From contig JAKIWS010000007.1 in NCBI GenBank assembly GCA_022749895.1, forward strand, positions 3,089-67,088: 64,000 nt of DNA. Reading direction: 5' to 3'. Positions within the stretch are counted from its first letter, which is position 1. Each line of letters starts with the position of its first letter. Below, piece after piece: positions 1 through 10,354 of this stretch. The notes beneath the pieces are model-generated. The model searched no databases and had not been told where the DNA came from. It saw nothing but the letters and a program-made list of their open reading frames with translations. The position numbers were made by a program, and so were the translations under genes. The DNA comes from Thermoplasmata archaeon (lineage in GTDB: Archaea; Thermoplasmatota; Thermoplasmata; Lutacidiplasmatales; UBA184).

Positions 1-153
1 CCGATCTGGTCGGCCGCCGAGGTCGCGGCCCAACGTCGCCGCCGCCTCGAGCGGGTGCCCCCCGAGACGAGCGAGCGCGACGATGCGCCGCGCCACTCCG
101 CGAAACCTGATTAGGCGGGGCCGGGCTCGGTCGGCATCCGACTTTCGAAGACC

Positions 154-1281
154 GTGGCCGATCTCACCGTCCAGCGGGGTCTGGAAGACGTCGTCGCGCT
201 GGAATCGAGCCTCACGTTCATCGACGGCAAGGGCGGTCGCCTCATTTACCGGGGGTACGACATCCGCGACCTCGCGGCCCACTCGACGTTCGAGGAGGTC
301 GCGTATCTGCTCTGGTACGGTCGATTGCCGACGCGCGCCCAGCTCGACGAGCTCCGTCACCGTCTCGCCGCGTTGCGCGCTCTTCCCCCGGGCCTCCTCC
401 AGATCCTCGACGAGCTGCCCCCGGATAGCTCCCCGATGGACGTCCTCCGCACGGCCGTCTCGGCGCTGGCCCTGCTCGAACCCGCCGAATCGCAACCCGG
501 GGCGAGCTCGATCGGCGGGGCGCTCCGCCTGACCGCCGTCCTCCCCTCGATCCTGGGGTACATTCAACGCCGTCGCTCCTCGAAGTTGCTGCCGTCGATC
601 CCGCCGGAGCTCTCGCATGCGGCGTACGTCCTGGCCGCGCTGAGCGACCGGCCGATCGACCCGCTCGACGAGGGGGCGCTCGACGTCGCGCTCATCCTCC
701 ACGCGGACCACGAGCTCAACGCCTCGACGTTCGCGGCGCGGGTCACCGCGTCGACCTTGAGCGACCTCTACAGCGCGATCACGAGCGCGGTCGGTACGCT
801 CAAGGGGCCGCTCCACGGCGGCGCCAACGAGCGCGTGATGGAGCTCCTGGACGAGATCCGGACCCCCGACCGCGCGGAAGAGGTCGTCAAGGCGCGGCTC
901 GCCCGCCACGAACGGATCATGGGTTTCGGCCACCGCGTCTACAAGGTCGAGGACCCCCGGGCGACGATCCTGCGGGACTGGGCGCATCGCGTCGGCACCG
1001 CGAAAGGCGACCTCAGCTACTTCGAGCGGCTCCGCAAGGTCGAGGAGGTGGTCCACCGCGAGAAGGGACTGTACCCGAACGTCGACCTCTACTCGGGCGC
1101 CGTCTACACCTTGCTCGGCATCCCGAAAGACCTGTTCACGCCGATCTTCGCGGTGAGCCGCGTCGCCGGCTGGACCGCGCACGTCCTCGAGGAGTACCAG
1201 GACCTCCGGCTGATCCGGCCGATGGCGAACTACGTCGGGCCGACCGACCTTTCGTACGTGCCGATCGACGCGCGGGCGTAG
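154..1281 (+). CDS. gltA: Citrate synthase
   Basis: Motifs LHADHELNASTF, GPLHGGAN, MGFGHRVYK, YPNVD. Confidence 0.95.
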   Translation: MADLTVQRGLEDVVALESSLTFIDGKGGRLIYRGYDIRDLAAHSTFEEVAYLLWYGRLPTRAQLDELRHRLAALRALPPGLLQILDELPPDSSPMDVLRTAVSALALLEPAESQPGASSIGGALRLTAVLPSILGYIQRRRSSKLLPSIPPELSHAAYVLAALSDRPIDPLDEGALDVALILHADHELNASTFAARVTASTLSDLYSAITSAVGTLKGPLHGGANERVMELLDEIRTPDRAEEVVKARLARHERIMGFGHRVYKVEDPRATILRDWAHRVGTAKGDLSYFERLRKVEEVVHREKGLYPNVDLYSGAVYTLLGIPKDLFTPIFAVSRVAGWTAHVLEEYQDLRLIRPMANYVGPTDLSYVPIDARA

Positions 1282-1678
1282 TCCGTCCCCGACGGCCTCG
1301 GATCCGGTCGACGCTCATGAGCGGGTAGCGCAGATCGGGTCGGTGCTCCAGCCGGGCCACCACGTGGACCCGACCGTCGGTCAGGACGATCCGCACGCGC
1401 AGCATCTCGGCGGTGAGGTACCGGTATCCGAACGCCCCGGGACCCGTGGCGCCACCCTTCGCGGGGAGGATCCGGACCTCCACCCGCTCGACGTACGGCT
1501 GAAGCCCGACCGCGCGCTCGATCGTCCGGGAGAGACCGGGGGCGGTCCGGCGGTCGAGAGGCGTCCCGAGGTACTGGTGGAACAATCCGCCGAGCTTGAT
1601 CCCGGCCTCGAAGAGCAGGGCCTCGGTCGCCGAGAGGTCGGCCCGATGGTGCGAGGAAGGCTGGGCGGCCCTCCTCAC
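1136..1678 (-). CDS. mptD: Archaeal dihydroneopterin aldolase (MptD/DUF381 family)
   Basis: FEAGIKLGGLFHQYLGTP and YPLM motifs; start overlaps pssA stop; tail overlaps gltA 3' end. Confidence 0.75.
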   Translation of the reverse strand: MRRAAQPSSHHRADLSATEALLFEAGIKLGGLFHQYLGTPLDRRTAPGLSRTIERAVGLQPYVERVEVRILPAKGGATGPGAFGYRYLTAEMLRVRIVLTDGRVHVVARLEHRPDLRYPLMSVDRIRGRRGRTTPARRSARTKGRSARRSSPSAGSAGGPGTPRGRARSSRRRGSPRRSA

Positions 1679-2439
1679 GACGCCTCGGGGGGTGCGGTCG
1701 AGGGTGGGGGCGCCCGGACGGTGAACGGCCCGATCAGATAGTAGGCGAGAATGCCCACAGCGGACGCCACGGTCCCGCCGAAGCCGATCCGGTACAGGAT
1801 CGACCCTTCAGAGGGAGCGAACTGCAGGGGAAGGAGGGCGAGCACGAGCGCGATCCCGGTGAGGATCATCGCCGGTCGCAGCGGCGAACTCCGGCGGATC
1901 TTCGGGAACGGTAGCGGCACGACCATGGTGAGCGCGACCAACAAGCTGCCGACGAGGACCAGCGGCGGATTGGTGCCCACGAACGCCGGGACATCCGCCA
2001 CGAGGACGAGGACGATGATCGCGAGCGCGGCCTGCGGTGTCGGTGCGCCGAGGAACGAGTCGCGCTGGTAGCCGCGCGCCGTGAAGTAGACCAGCCGCGC
2101 GATGGCGAGCCCCGCGACCGCGACGCCTACGAGGAGCGACGCCGACGCGAACGGCGCCCAGAGTACCGGCCGGTCGGAGTGCACGAGGAGGAGAGTTCCG
2201 GGCGCGAGTCCGAACGTCACCGCGTCGGCGATCGAGTCGGCGTACCGCCCGAAGGCGGACGTGGGAGCTCCGGCCCGCCGGGAGAGCCAGCCATCGAGCC
2301 CGTCGAACCCGATCCCGCAGACGATGAGGAGCATCGCCCAGAGCTTGTTCCCGGCGAGGATGTAGAGGATCGCCCCGACGCCGACCGCACCGTTCGCGAG
2401 CGTCGCCAGGTTCGCGCCGTACCGTGCTCGCCCGGTCAC
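1675..2439 (-). CDS. pssA: CDP-alcohol phosphatidyltransferase (archaetidylserine synthase)
   Basis: DGLDGWLSR...FGRYADSIAD signature; next to psd. Confidence 0.85.
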   Translation of the reverse strand: MTGRARYGANLATLANGAVGVGAILYILAGNKLWAMLLIVCGIGFDGLDGWLSRRAGAPTSAFGRYADSIADAVTFGLAPGTLLLVHSDRPVLWAPFASASLLVGVAVAGLAIARLVYFTARGYQRDSFLGAPTPQAALAIIVLVLVADVPAFVGTNPPLVLVGSLLVALTMVVPLPFPKIRRSSPLRPAMILTGIALVLALLPLQFAPSEGSILYRIGFGGTVASAVGILAYYLIGPFTVRAPPPSTAPPEAS

Positions 2440-3062
2440 GGCTTCATCCGGGCGATGGTCGTGACCCCGGCGACGACGCGCTGGCCGGGAGCGACCACGG
2501 GATAGGTCCGGTCCGCTGGAAGGTTCAGGTCGACACGCGAGCCGAGGACGATCATCCCGAGGCGCTCACCCTTCTTCCCATCGTACCCGGCGTTGACGAA
2601 TGAGACGAGGCGACGGGCGAGGACACCGGTCATCTGCGTCAACTCGACGGCACCGACCGCCGTGGTGAGCTGGTAGGACCGCCGGAGGTTGTGCGAGGCG
2701 TCGGAGCGGTACGCCGGCCGGAAGCCCTTCCCGGCCTCCTCGACGCGTTCGATGTGGGCGTCGAGCGGGAAGCGGTTGACGTGGACGTTCGTGACGTTCA
2801 TGAACGTCGAGATGACGAGCCGGCCTTCGGCGATGCCGACCTCCCGGATGCGCCCGTCGGCCGGCGCGACGATGTCCACGCCGGGCATCCGCTCCGGGTC
2901 CCGGAAGAACGTCGCGAGGAACAGCCACACCGCCCACGACGCGGCGAGCAGCACCGCGAGCGCGGGCGTGCGGGGCACCACGGCCGTCGCGGTGAGCGCG
3001 GAGAGGACCGCGAGCAGGAGGCCCCCGACCAGAAGGGGTCGGCCCGTTCCCGGGGCGAACAC
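2436..3062 (-). CDS. psd: Archaetidylserine/phosphatidylserine decarboxylase proenzyme
   Basis: FFRDPER, APADG, HVNRFP, LGSRVD self-cleavage site; GTG at 3062 chosen just after the rps10 stop. Confidence 0.88.
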   Translation of the reverse strand: MFAPGTGRPLLVGGLLLAVLSALTATAVVPRTPALAVLLAASWAVWLFLATFFRDPERMPGVDIVAPADGRIREVGIAEGRLVISTFMNVTNVHVNRFPLDAHIERVEEAGKGFRPAYRSDASHNLRRSYQLTTAVGAVELTQMTGVLARRLVSFVNAGYDGKKGERLGMIVLGSRVDLNLPADRTYPVVAPGQRVVAGVTTIARMKP

Positions 3063-3070
3063 GGGCCCCG

Positions 3071-3382
3071 CTACGACTTGAGGACGATCTCGATGTTCAC
3101 GCCGTCGGGCACCTGGATGCGCATCACCTGGCGCAGGGCCCGTTCGTCGGCGTCGAGGTCGATGAGACGTTTGTGGATCCGCATCTCCCAATGGTCGATG
3201 GTGCTCGTGCCGCCGCCGTCGGGTCCCTTACGGACCGAGACCTTGAGGCGCTTCGTGGGCAACGGGATCGGGCCGGCAATCGCGACGCCGGTGCGCTGGG
3301 AAATCTCCCGGATCTGCCGGCAGACCGTGTCGACCTTCTTCGCGTCGACGCCGCTCAGCGCGATCCGGGCCTTCTGCGGCAT
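3071..3382 (-). CDS. rps10: 30S ribosomal protein S10 (uS10)
   Basis: [25 protein letters not shown]. Confidence 0.97.
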   Translation of the reverse strand: MPQKARIALSGVDAKKVDTVCRQIREISQRTGVAIAGPIPLPTKRLKVSVRKGPDGGGTSTIDHWEMRIHKRLIDLDADERALRQVMRIQVPDGVNIEIVLKS

Positions 3383-3418
3383 CGACCTTACCCGGGCCCC
3401 GACCGCACGACGGGCGGT

Positions 3419-4699
3419 CTAGCCCTCGCGCTTCTTGAGATCGACGACGACCCCGGCCGCGACGGTCTGACCCATGTCGCGCACGGCGAACCGGCCCAGC
3501 TGAGGGTACTCTTTGTACTTCTCGATCACGAGGGGCCGCTTTGGCGTGATCTTGACGACGGCCGCGTCGCCGGTCTTCAGCGTCTGCGGGTTCTCTTCCG
3601 CCGTCTGCCCGGTCTTCGGGTCGAGGCGCTTCAAAAGTTCGGTGAATTCACAAGCGACTTGCGCGGTGTGGCAGTGGAACACCGGCGTGTAGCCCGCCGT
3701 GATGACGGACGGGTGGTTGAGCACCTGGATATTGGCGGTGAAGCTCTCGACGACCGTCGGGGGGTTCGAGGTCGGCCCGGCGACGTCGCCGCGCCGGATG
3801 TCGTTCTTGTCGATCCCGCGCACGTTGAACCCGATGTTGTCGCCGGGGATCGCCTCGGTGACTTGCTCGTGGTGCATCTCGATCGACTTCACTTCGCCCG
3901 ATTTGCCGCTCGGGAGGAAGATGATCTTGTCGCCGATCTTGAGCTTCCCGGTCTCGACGCGACCGACCGGCACCGTACCGATCCCCGTGATCGTGTAGAC
4001 GTCCTGGACCGGGAGCCGGAGCGGCTTATCGGTCGGCTTCTCCGGGACCTTCAGGTTGTCGAGGGCCGCAAGGAGGTTAGGCCCCTTGAACCACGGCATG
4101 TTCGGGCTCGCCTTGTTGATGTTGTCGTCCTTGAACGCCGAGATCGGAAGGAAGACGACCTGGGTATCGACCTTGAAGCCGACGTTCTTGAGGAGCTTCG
4201 TCAGCTCCTCCTTGACGGTGTTGTACTTCGCCTCGGCGTAGTTGACTTCCTGGCGGTCCATCTTGTTGATCGCACAGATGAGCTGGGCGACGCCGAGCGT
4301 CCGCGCGAGGAAGATGTGTTCGCGCGTCTGTTCCTGCACGCCCTCGGCGGCGGAACAGACGAGCACGGCCGCGTCGGCCTGGCTCGTCCCCGTGATCATG
4401 TTCTTGACGAAATCACGGTGACCGGGCGCGTCGATGATGGTGAAGTAGTACTTCTGGGTGTCAAACCGGCGGTGGGCGATGTCGATGGTGACCCCGCGCT
4501 CGCGCTCCTCCTTGAGGTCGTCCATCACCCACGCGAACTCGAACGTCGCCTTCCCCTTCGCCTCGGCCTCGATACGGAACTTGTCGATCTCCTCCTGCCG
4601 GATGACGCCGGTGTCGACGAGGAGTCGGCCGACGGTCGTCGACTTCCCGTGGTCGACGTGACCGATGAAGACGATGTTGAGGTGCGGTTTGTTGGCCAT
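3419..4699 (-). CDS. tuf: Translation elongation factor EF-1alpha
   Basis: [38 protein letters not shown]; ATG at 4699 with TTATAGA box upstream. Confidence 0.98.
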   Translation of the reverse strand: MANKPHLNIVFIGHVDHGKSTTVGRLLVDTGVIRQEEIDKFRIEAEAKGKATFEFAWVMDDLKEERERGVTIDIAHRRFDTQKYYFTIIDAPGHRDFVKNMITGTSQADAAVLVCSAAEGVQEQTREHIFLARTLGVAQLICAINKMDRQEVNYAEAKYNTVKEELTKLLKNVGFKVDTQVVFLPISAFKDDNINKASPNMPWFKGPNLLAALDNLKVPEKPTDKPLRLPVQDVYTITGIGTVPVGRVETGKLKIGDKIIFLPSGKSGEVKSIEMHHEQVTEAIPGDNIGFNVRGIDKNDIRRGDVAGPTSNPPTVVESFTANIQVLNHPSVITAGYTPVFHCHTAQVACEFTELLKRLDPKTGQTAEENPQTLKTGDAAVVKITPKRPLVIEKYKEYPQLGRFAVRDMGQTVAAGVVVDLKKREG

Positions 4700-4763
4700 G
4701 CTGTGGGGCTCCGGGCGCGCCGAAAAGGTCCCTCTATAATACAGGTTCGGAAACTCGCTCGCC

Positions 4764-5381
4764 GTGAGCGACCTCGACGCGGTGGTGCGGGAGACCCACC
4801 GGCCCTCCTCGCGCGACCGACGCACGCGACGCCTCCCGTCGATGCGTTGGCCCCCCCCGCTTCCCTCGCGCGTGGAGTACGGGTGGCTCCTCCGACTGCC
4901 ACTCCGGCGGCTTCGAGTTCGTCGTCGACTCGCCCGGATCGCGGACGTGATCGGCACCCCCGACGTTATCGTGGACGTCGGATCGGGCACCGGCGTGACG
5001 GCGGAGGCTCTCGCGGCCCGCTTCAAACGCGACCCCCGCCCACGGTTCGTCCTCGTCGATCCTCAACGTGGATTCCTCACGCGCGCGCGACGTCGGCCGA
5101 AGTCTCGGTTCGACCTTGTCGAGGGTGACGCGACCCGGGTCCCGTTGGGAACGCATTCGGTCGGGGTCGTCGTGAGCTTCGGCGTCCTCTGCTGTCTTAC
5201 GGAAGAGGCCCTACCCCACGCGATCCGAGAGGCCTGGAGGATCCTTCGCCCGGGCGGCTACCTGCTCGTGAGCGTCCCCCGCTGGCAGGGCCCAGGTCTC
5301 GAATCGCAGCTGATGGTCGAAGGGTTCGTGCGGTTGGCGTCGGAGCGACCCGGCGTCTCCGCGCTCCAGAAACCCTCATAG
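4764..5381 (+). CDS. Class I SAM-dependent methyltransferase
   Basis: IVDVGSGTG motif I, EGDA, RILRPGG. Confidence 0.8.
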   Translation: MSDLDAVVRETHRPSSRDRRTRRLPSMRWPPPLPSRVEYGWLLRLPLRRLRVRRRLARIADVIGTPDVIVDVGSGTGVTAEALAARFKRDPRPRFVLVDPQRGFLTRARRRPKSRFDLVEGDATRVPLGTHSVGVVVSFGVLCCLTEEALPHAIREAWRILRPGGYLLVSVPRWQGPGLESQLMVEGFVRLASERPGVSALQKPS

Positions 5382-5423
5382 TTCGCTGCCGCTCCCGTCC
5401 GCCACGGCCCGACCTCCGGTGCG

Positions 5424-5936
5424 GTGCCGAGTACGAGGAGACGCGTGGACGACGCTGCGCCGCGGAGTGCCGCGGAAAGCCGGTCGAACGTGGTCCGGCT
5501 CACGTTGCCGACCGACGCGAATTTCATGGGGAACGTCTTCGGGGGCGTGATCTTGGGCGAGATCGACCGCGTGGCGTACGTCACCGCGAGCCGGCACGCC
5601 CGGCAGAACTGTGTCACCGCGTCGTTCGACCGGGTCGACTTCCTGGAGCCGGTCCACGTCGGGCAGCTCCTCGATTTCGAAGGTCTGCTCACGTATGTCG
5701 GGCGGAGCTCGATGGAGGTATCCGTCGACGTTCATTCCGAAGAGCTCACCGGGGGCAATCGCCATCGGGTCGGGCACGCCTACGTGACCATGGTGGCCGT
5801 GGGAAGTGACGGCAAACCCACCCGCGTCCCACCCCTCGCCCAGCCGACGTCCGAAGACCAGCAACGGTTCCGCGAGGGCCGGAAACGGATGGAAGAACGG
5901 GCGCGGACGCGCCCCCCTCCCACGGGCGCCGGCTGA
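5424..5936 (+). CDS. Acyl-CoA thioesterase (HotDog, YciA-like)
   Basis: DANFMGNVFGG, VTASFDRVDFLEPV, GRSSMEV. Confidence 0.9.
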   Translation: MPSTRRRVDDAAPRSAAESRSNVVRLTLPTDANFMGNVFGGVILGEIDRVAYVTASRHARQNCVTASFDRVDFLEPVHVGQLLDFEGLLTYVGRSSMEVSVDVHSEELTGGNRHRVGHAYVTMVAVGSDGKPTRVPPLAQPTSEDQQRFREGRKRMEERARTRPPPTGAG

Positions 5937-5960
5937 CGCATTCAGGTACAGAGAAGAACC

Positions 5961-6407
5961 ATGTTGTGCGAAATGTGCGGGAAGGACGTCGAGGGGCTCA
6001 ACCGCGTCGAGATCGAAGGTTCCGTGCTCTCCCTCTGTGCGGAGTGCAGCCGATTTGGGAAGATCGTGGTGCCGGCGCCCGTGCCGCCGTCCGAACGACG
6101 GGCTCCGTCGCTTCCCGCCGGTACGATCGACGCCCGCCTCGGACAACGCACGCAACGGATGACGGAACGCGACCTGTTCCGCGAGCTCCCGGAGATGGAG
6201 CTCGCCGAGGACTGGTCGAAGCGGGTCCGGCTCGCGCGCGAGAAGCTCGCGTGGAGCCCCGAGGATCTCGCGAAGAAGCTCAACGAAAAGAAATCCGTCG
6301 TGCTCAAGATCGAGGCCGGCAGCTTCCGGCCGCCGGACGGGCAGATCCGCAAGATCGAGCAGATGCTCAAGATCCGCTTGCGGGCGTCCCCGAGCGACGC
6401 CACGTAG
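5961..6407 (+). CDS. mbf1: Archaeal multiprotein bridging factor 1
   Basis: CEMCG...CAEC Zn ribbon plus C-terminal HTH (LAKKLNEKKSVVLKIEAG). Confidence 0.9.
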   Translation: MLCEMCGKDVEGLNRVEIEGSVLSLCAECSRFGKIVVPAPVPPSERRAPSLPAGTIDARLGQRTQRMTERDLFRELPEMELAEDWSKRVRLAREKLAWSPEDLAKKLNEKKSVVLKIEAGSFRPPDGQIRKIEQMLKIRLRASPSDAT

Positions 6408-6418
6408 CGGGCGATTGT

Positions 6419-7378
6419 CTAGGCCCGGGGGTCGCGCGGGTGCGCCGGGAGTAGAGCTTCCAGGATCGCCTTCTGGGCGTGGAGGCGGTTCTCCGCCTGG
6501 TCCCAGATCGCCGCCCGAGGTCCGTCCATGACCTCGTCGGAGATCTCCAGGCCCCGGTGGGCCGGAAGATCGTGCAGGACCCACACGTCGGGTTTGGCGA
6601 GGCGAAGAAGCTCGGCGTCGATCCGGTAGCCGCGGAAGTCCTGCTCGCGCTTCTCCCGTTGGGCCTCGTCGCCCATCGAGACCCATACGTCGGTGTAGAG
6701 CGCGTCGGCGCCGACCGCGGCCCGCTTCGGGTCGGTCTCGAACTGGATCGATGAGCCCGAGGCGGCGGCCAACCGGTTGGCCGATTCGACGATCGCGTCC
6801 GGCGGTCGGTACTTCTCCGGGATCGCAGCGACGACGTTGAGGCCGACGATCGCGGCCCCCTGCACAAGCGAGTTGAACACGTTGTTGCCGTCCCCGATGT
6901 AGGCGAGGGTCCGGTTCCGGAATCCCGCGCTCCAACGCTCCTTGAGCGTCAGAAGGTCGGCGACGACCTGGCAGGGGTGCTCCCGGTCGTCGAGGGCGTT
7001 GATCACCGGCACGCTCGCGTGGCGCGCGAGCGCCTGCATGTCCGCCGAGTGGAACGCTCGATAGGCGATCACGTCCACGTAGCGCGAGAGTACGCGCGCG
7101 GTGTCCGCGATCGTCTCGCCCCGCCCGAGCTGGAGGTCGTGTTTCGAGAGGTACAGCGCGTGGCCGCCGAGATCGTTCATGGCGACCTCGAAAGAGACCC
7201 GGGTCCGGGTCGATGGCTTCTCAAAGATGAGCGCCGCGTTTCGGCCCGGCCGAGTGGGTGAAAGGTTTCCCGACGAGCGATGAGCCCGCATCTCTCCGGC
7301 CCGCGCTAGGATCTGACCGAGGTCGGCCGCAAGATCGACGATGGACAGGAGGTCGCGCTTCCTCGGCGACCCTGGCAT
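6419..7378 (-). CDS. argF: Ornithine carbamoyltransferase
   Basis: STRTR, HPCQ, YTDVWVSMG, HDLP, QAENR. Confidence 0.95.
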   Translation of the reverse strand: MPGSPRKRDLLSIVDLAADLGQILARAGEMRAHRSSGNLSPTRPGRNAALIFEKPSTRTRVSFEVAMNDLGGHALYLSKHDLQLGRGETIADTARVLSRYVDVIAYRAFHSADMQALARHASVPVINALDDREHPCQVVADLLTLKERWSAGFRNRTLAYIGDGNNVFNSLVQGAAIVGLNVVAAIPEKYRPPDAIVESANRLAAASGSSIQFETDPKRAAVGADALYTDVWVSMGDEAQREKREQDFRGYRIDAELLRLAKPDVWVLHDLPAHRGLEISDEVMDGPRAAIWDQAENRLHAQKAILEALLPAHPRDPRA

Positions 7379-7442
7379 GGTCTCGGCGGCGTCTTACCCT
7401 TCAAAAGGTTAGCTTCTTCGTCCAGCCCGCCCTCCGCCCGAG

Positions 7443-7736
7443 GTGCGGCCGTTCTGGCTTCCCGTCGGGCGATGGGTGGTACCTCTCTTCCTCACCGTCG
7501 TGGGCCTACTCCTGATCTGGAATGCGACCGTCCAGCTTGCGGATGCAAAGATCGTCCTTGCCGACGCGCGGGCCCGCGCCTGCGCGGGGGGCGTCCCCTG
7601 TGTCGCTCCCTCTGGCAGCGTTGAAGAGGTACTAGCGCGGACGACCGGGATCCTCGGCGCCGTAACGCTCCTTGCCGGAATGGTGATGTCGTTTGTTCGA
7701 TGGCACCGATCGCGGGGCCCGGGCGGAGAGACCTAA
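7443..7736 (+). CDS. Small hypothetical membrane protein
   Basis: Two hydrophobic segments; fills the intergenic gap. Confidence 0.45.
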   Translation: MRPFWLPVGRWVVPLFLTVVGLLLIWNATVQLADAKIVLADARARACAGGVPCVAPSGSVEEVLARTTGILGAVTLLAGMVMSFVRWHRSRGPGGET

Positions 7737-7765
7737 CGTCAACGGGCCCGGCATGACGGCGCTAG

Positions 7766-9286
7766 ATGGCCGGGCCGTCGCGAGTCCGGAATAGCATCGA
7801 CCCGTTCGGCAAGATTATCAAGGACGCCCCGCTCGCGCGGGCCGAGGGAACAACTTTGGCCCGATCGAAGACAAAGACAGGGGTGCGCGAACGGAAGGTA
7901 GTTCGCTCGAGCCGATCGAGGAGCCAGAGTTCCGGACGCCGGGTCTACATGGTCACGGGCGGCGTGACGAAGTTCGCGAAGGCCCATCCCGCGATGGATT
8001 TCCGGTTGATGGTTCGCCGCGCCTACGACTACGCTCTCAAAGGTATCCCGAACCTCACCAAGGACAGGATCGACGGAACCCGAATCTCGTACTTCTCCGA
8101 CCACTTCACCCGGCAGCTGAAGGCCGCGAGCATGGTCCAGGACTACCTCGGGATGAATCCGAAAGGGTCGATCCGCCTCGAGTGGGGTGGGGCGACAGGT
8201 GGCGAGTGCTTCCAGGCCGGGTACGAAGCCGTCGCGAGTGGTCGGATGGACGTCTGCCTGGCCGCCGGCTTCGAAACGATGAGCCGGGTCGCTACGTGGA
8301 AGGGGAACGAGTTCATCGCGCTCGCCTCCGACACCAACTTCGACTTCCCGCTCGGGGGCTTCTATACCGGCTACTATGCGCTCATGGTCGTCCGCCACAT
8401 CTACGAGTACATCCGGCGGACGAAGTTCGCGCACATCACCGACGAGCGGGAGGCCCAGCGGCAGGCGGTCGCCGAGGGAAGCCGGATCATGAGCCTCGTC
8501 TCGGTGAAGAACCACCTCAACGCTCTCCACAACCCGTACGCCCAGTACCCGAAGTCGCTCTCGGTCCAGGACGTGCTCAACTCGGAGATGATCTCTTACC
8601 CGCTCACCCGAGAACAGATCTGCACGATGAGCGATGGGGCCGCCGTCGCGGTCCTCTGCTCGGAATCGGTCGCCCGCGAGTTCACCGACAAGCCGATCCG
8701 GATTATCGGGGTGGGCACCGGCACCGACACCATGCGGCTCGCGGACCGCCCGTTCGGGAAGGTCCCCCTGATGCCGAAGGAGAAGGCGTCCGACTATACC
8801 CACCTGGAGTACCCGGGCGTCCACTCGTTCCGGGCCGGCCGCGCGGCCGGACTGGAGGCGTACCGGATGGCCGGCATCACGGACCCGAACCGGGAGCTCA
8901 ACTTCATCGAGCTGCACGACGCGTACGCGTCGAGCGAGATCCAGACCTACGAAGACCTCGGACTCTGCAAGTACGGCGAAGGCTACGATTTCACCGAGCG
9001 GGGGGACCCGTTCCTGACCTCCGTCCGGTACCCGTTCCCCACTCCGAACGCCGGGGCGATCCCGGTGAATCCGTCCGGCGGGCTCATCGCTTGCGGCCAC
9101 CCGGTCGGCGCGACCGGCCTCATGCAGGCGGTCTTTGCCTTCTGGCAGCTCCAAGGGAGTGTGAAGAAGCACTTCGGGGACGGAACGCTCCAGGTCAAGA
9201 ACGCGCACCGCGGCGCGATCCACAGCCATGCCGGGACGGGTTCGGCCGTGACGGTGTCGATCCTCGAGCGGGGGTACCGCCCGTGA
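7766..9286 (+). CDS. Thiolase-domain protein (SCP2-thiolase-like); start uncertain
   Basis: SDGAAVAVL, IELHDAY, NPSGGL..CGHPVGATG; coupled to DUF35. Confidence 0.85.
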   Translation: MAGPSRVRNSIDPFGKIIKDAPLARAEGTTLARSKTKTGVRERKVVRSSRSRSQSSGRRVYMVTGGVTKFAKAHPAMDFRLMVRRAYDYALKGIPNLTKDRIDGTRISYFSDHFTRQLKAASMVQDYLGMNPKGSIRLEWGGATGGECFQAGYEAVASGRMDVCLAAGFETMSRVATWKGNEFIALASDTNFDFPLGGFYTGYYALMVVRHIYEYIRRTKFAHITDEREAQRQAVAEGSRIMSLVSVKNHLNALHNPYAQYPKSLSVQDVLNSEMISYPLTREQICTMSDGAAVAVLCSESVAREFTDKPIRIIGVGTGTDTMRLADRPFGKVPLMPKEKASDYTHLEYPGVHSFRAGRAAGLEAYRMAGITDPNRELNFIELHDAYASSEIQTYEDLGLCKYGEGYDFTERGDPFLTSVRYPFPTPNAGAIPVNPSGGLIACGHPVGATGLMQAVFAFWQLQGSVKKHFGDGTLQVKNAHRGAIHSHAGTGSAVTVSILERGYRP

Positions 9287-9804
9287 CCCCCCCCAAGTTC
9301 ACGTCGTTCCGCGACGTGATGGAGGAGCTCGACCGGGGCGGCAACGCGATCTTCATCGACAAGTCCGGAGTCGAGAGCCTAATCATCCGATCCCCGTACG
9401 CGATCCAGTACATCCACAGCTACGCCGAGGATTCCCCGTTCTTCCTCGGCTTGGCCGAGGGGAGGCTTCGGGGCTCGAAGTGCACGAAGAAGAGCTGCGC
9501 CACCGTCTACGCGACGCCGCGGGGCCACTGCATGGAGTGCGGGTCCCCGACGGTCTGGGTCGACCTGCCGACGCGCGGCCGCCTCCATTCGTGGACGACC
9601 TGCCACTTCGGCAGCGAGGCGTTCCTCAAGGAGACCCCGTACAACCTCGCGCTCGTCGAGTTCGAGGGCGCCGACAGTCTTCTCCTCGTACGCCTGAAGG
9701 ATTGCACCGAGTCCGACTGCTACGTCGGAATGCCGGTCACGGCGAAGTTCGACCCGAACCCGAAGTACTCGATCACCGACGTCTGGTTCGTCCCCGTGCC
9801 CTAG
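9283..9804 (+). CDS. DUF35 Zn-ribbon/OB-fold protein
   Basis: GSKC..C...P...CMECG; GTGA overlap with thiolase stop. Confidence 0.88.
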   Translation: MTPPKFTSFRDVMEELDRGGNAIFIDKSGVESLIIRSPYAIQYIHSYAEDSPFFLGLAEGRLRGSKCTKKSCATVYATPRGHCMECGSPTVWVDLPTRGRLHSWTTCHFGSEAFLKETPYNLALVEFEGADSLLLVRLKDCTESDCYVGMPVTAKFDPNPKYSITDVWFVPVP

Positions 9805-9939
9805 CGGGACTCGGAATCGCTCGTCGCTGGACCAACTGGGACCCGGCCGCCGGGGGAGGCGAGCTCCGCACACCCGTGTACCGGCATTCGATTGTATGTT
9901 CCAAGGTTTTATGGGGCGCCCGACGTGAAGCGGCTCCCG

Positions 9940-10347
9940 ATGTCGAGGCTGAAAGTCCGCACCATTCGACAGACGGTGGTTCTCCCGGGGACGCCGAGGC
10001 AGGTCTATAACGCGTTGATGACAACGCGAGGCCACATGGGTTTCACCGGCGCCGACGCCCGCATCAGCCCCAAGGTCGGGGGGAAGTTCATGGCGTGGGG
10101 CGGATACATTCACGGCACGAACATCAAGCTCGTCCCCGGCAAGACGATCGTCCAGAAGTGGGTCCCGAGCGAAGCGACGTGGCCGAGCGGTCACGAATCC
10201 ACGGTCACGTACAGCTTGACCCCGAGCCCGCGGGGTACCCGCCTTTCGTTCACCCACTCCGGGGTCCCCGCCGAGCACGCGGGCCATCTGACGACCGGGT
10301 GGAAGAAGTCGTACTGGGACCCGCTGCGCCAGTACCTCGCGGAGTGA
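9940..10347 (+). CDS. SRPBCC/AHSA1-like domain protein
   Basis: VYNALM, GGKF, ST VT, GTRLSFTH, GW..YW pattern. Confidence 0.8.
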   Translation: MSRLKVRTIRQTVVLPGTPRQVYNALMTTRGHMGFTGADARISPKVGGKFMAWGGYIHGTNIKLVPGKTIVQKWVPSEATWPSGHESTVTYSLTPSPRGTRLSFTHSGVPAEHAGHLTTGWKKSYWDPLRQYLAE

Positions 10348-10354
10348 GCCTCCG

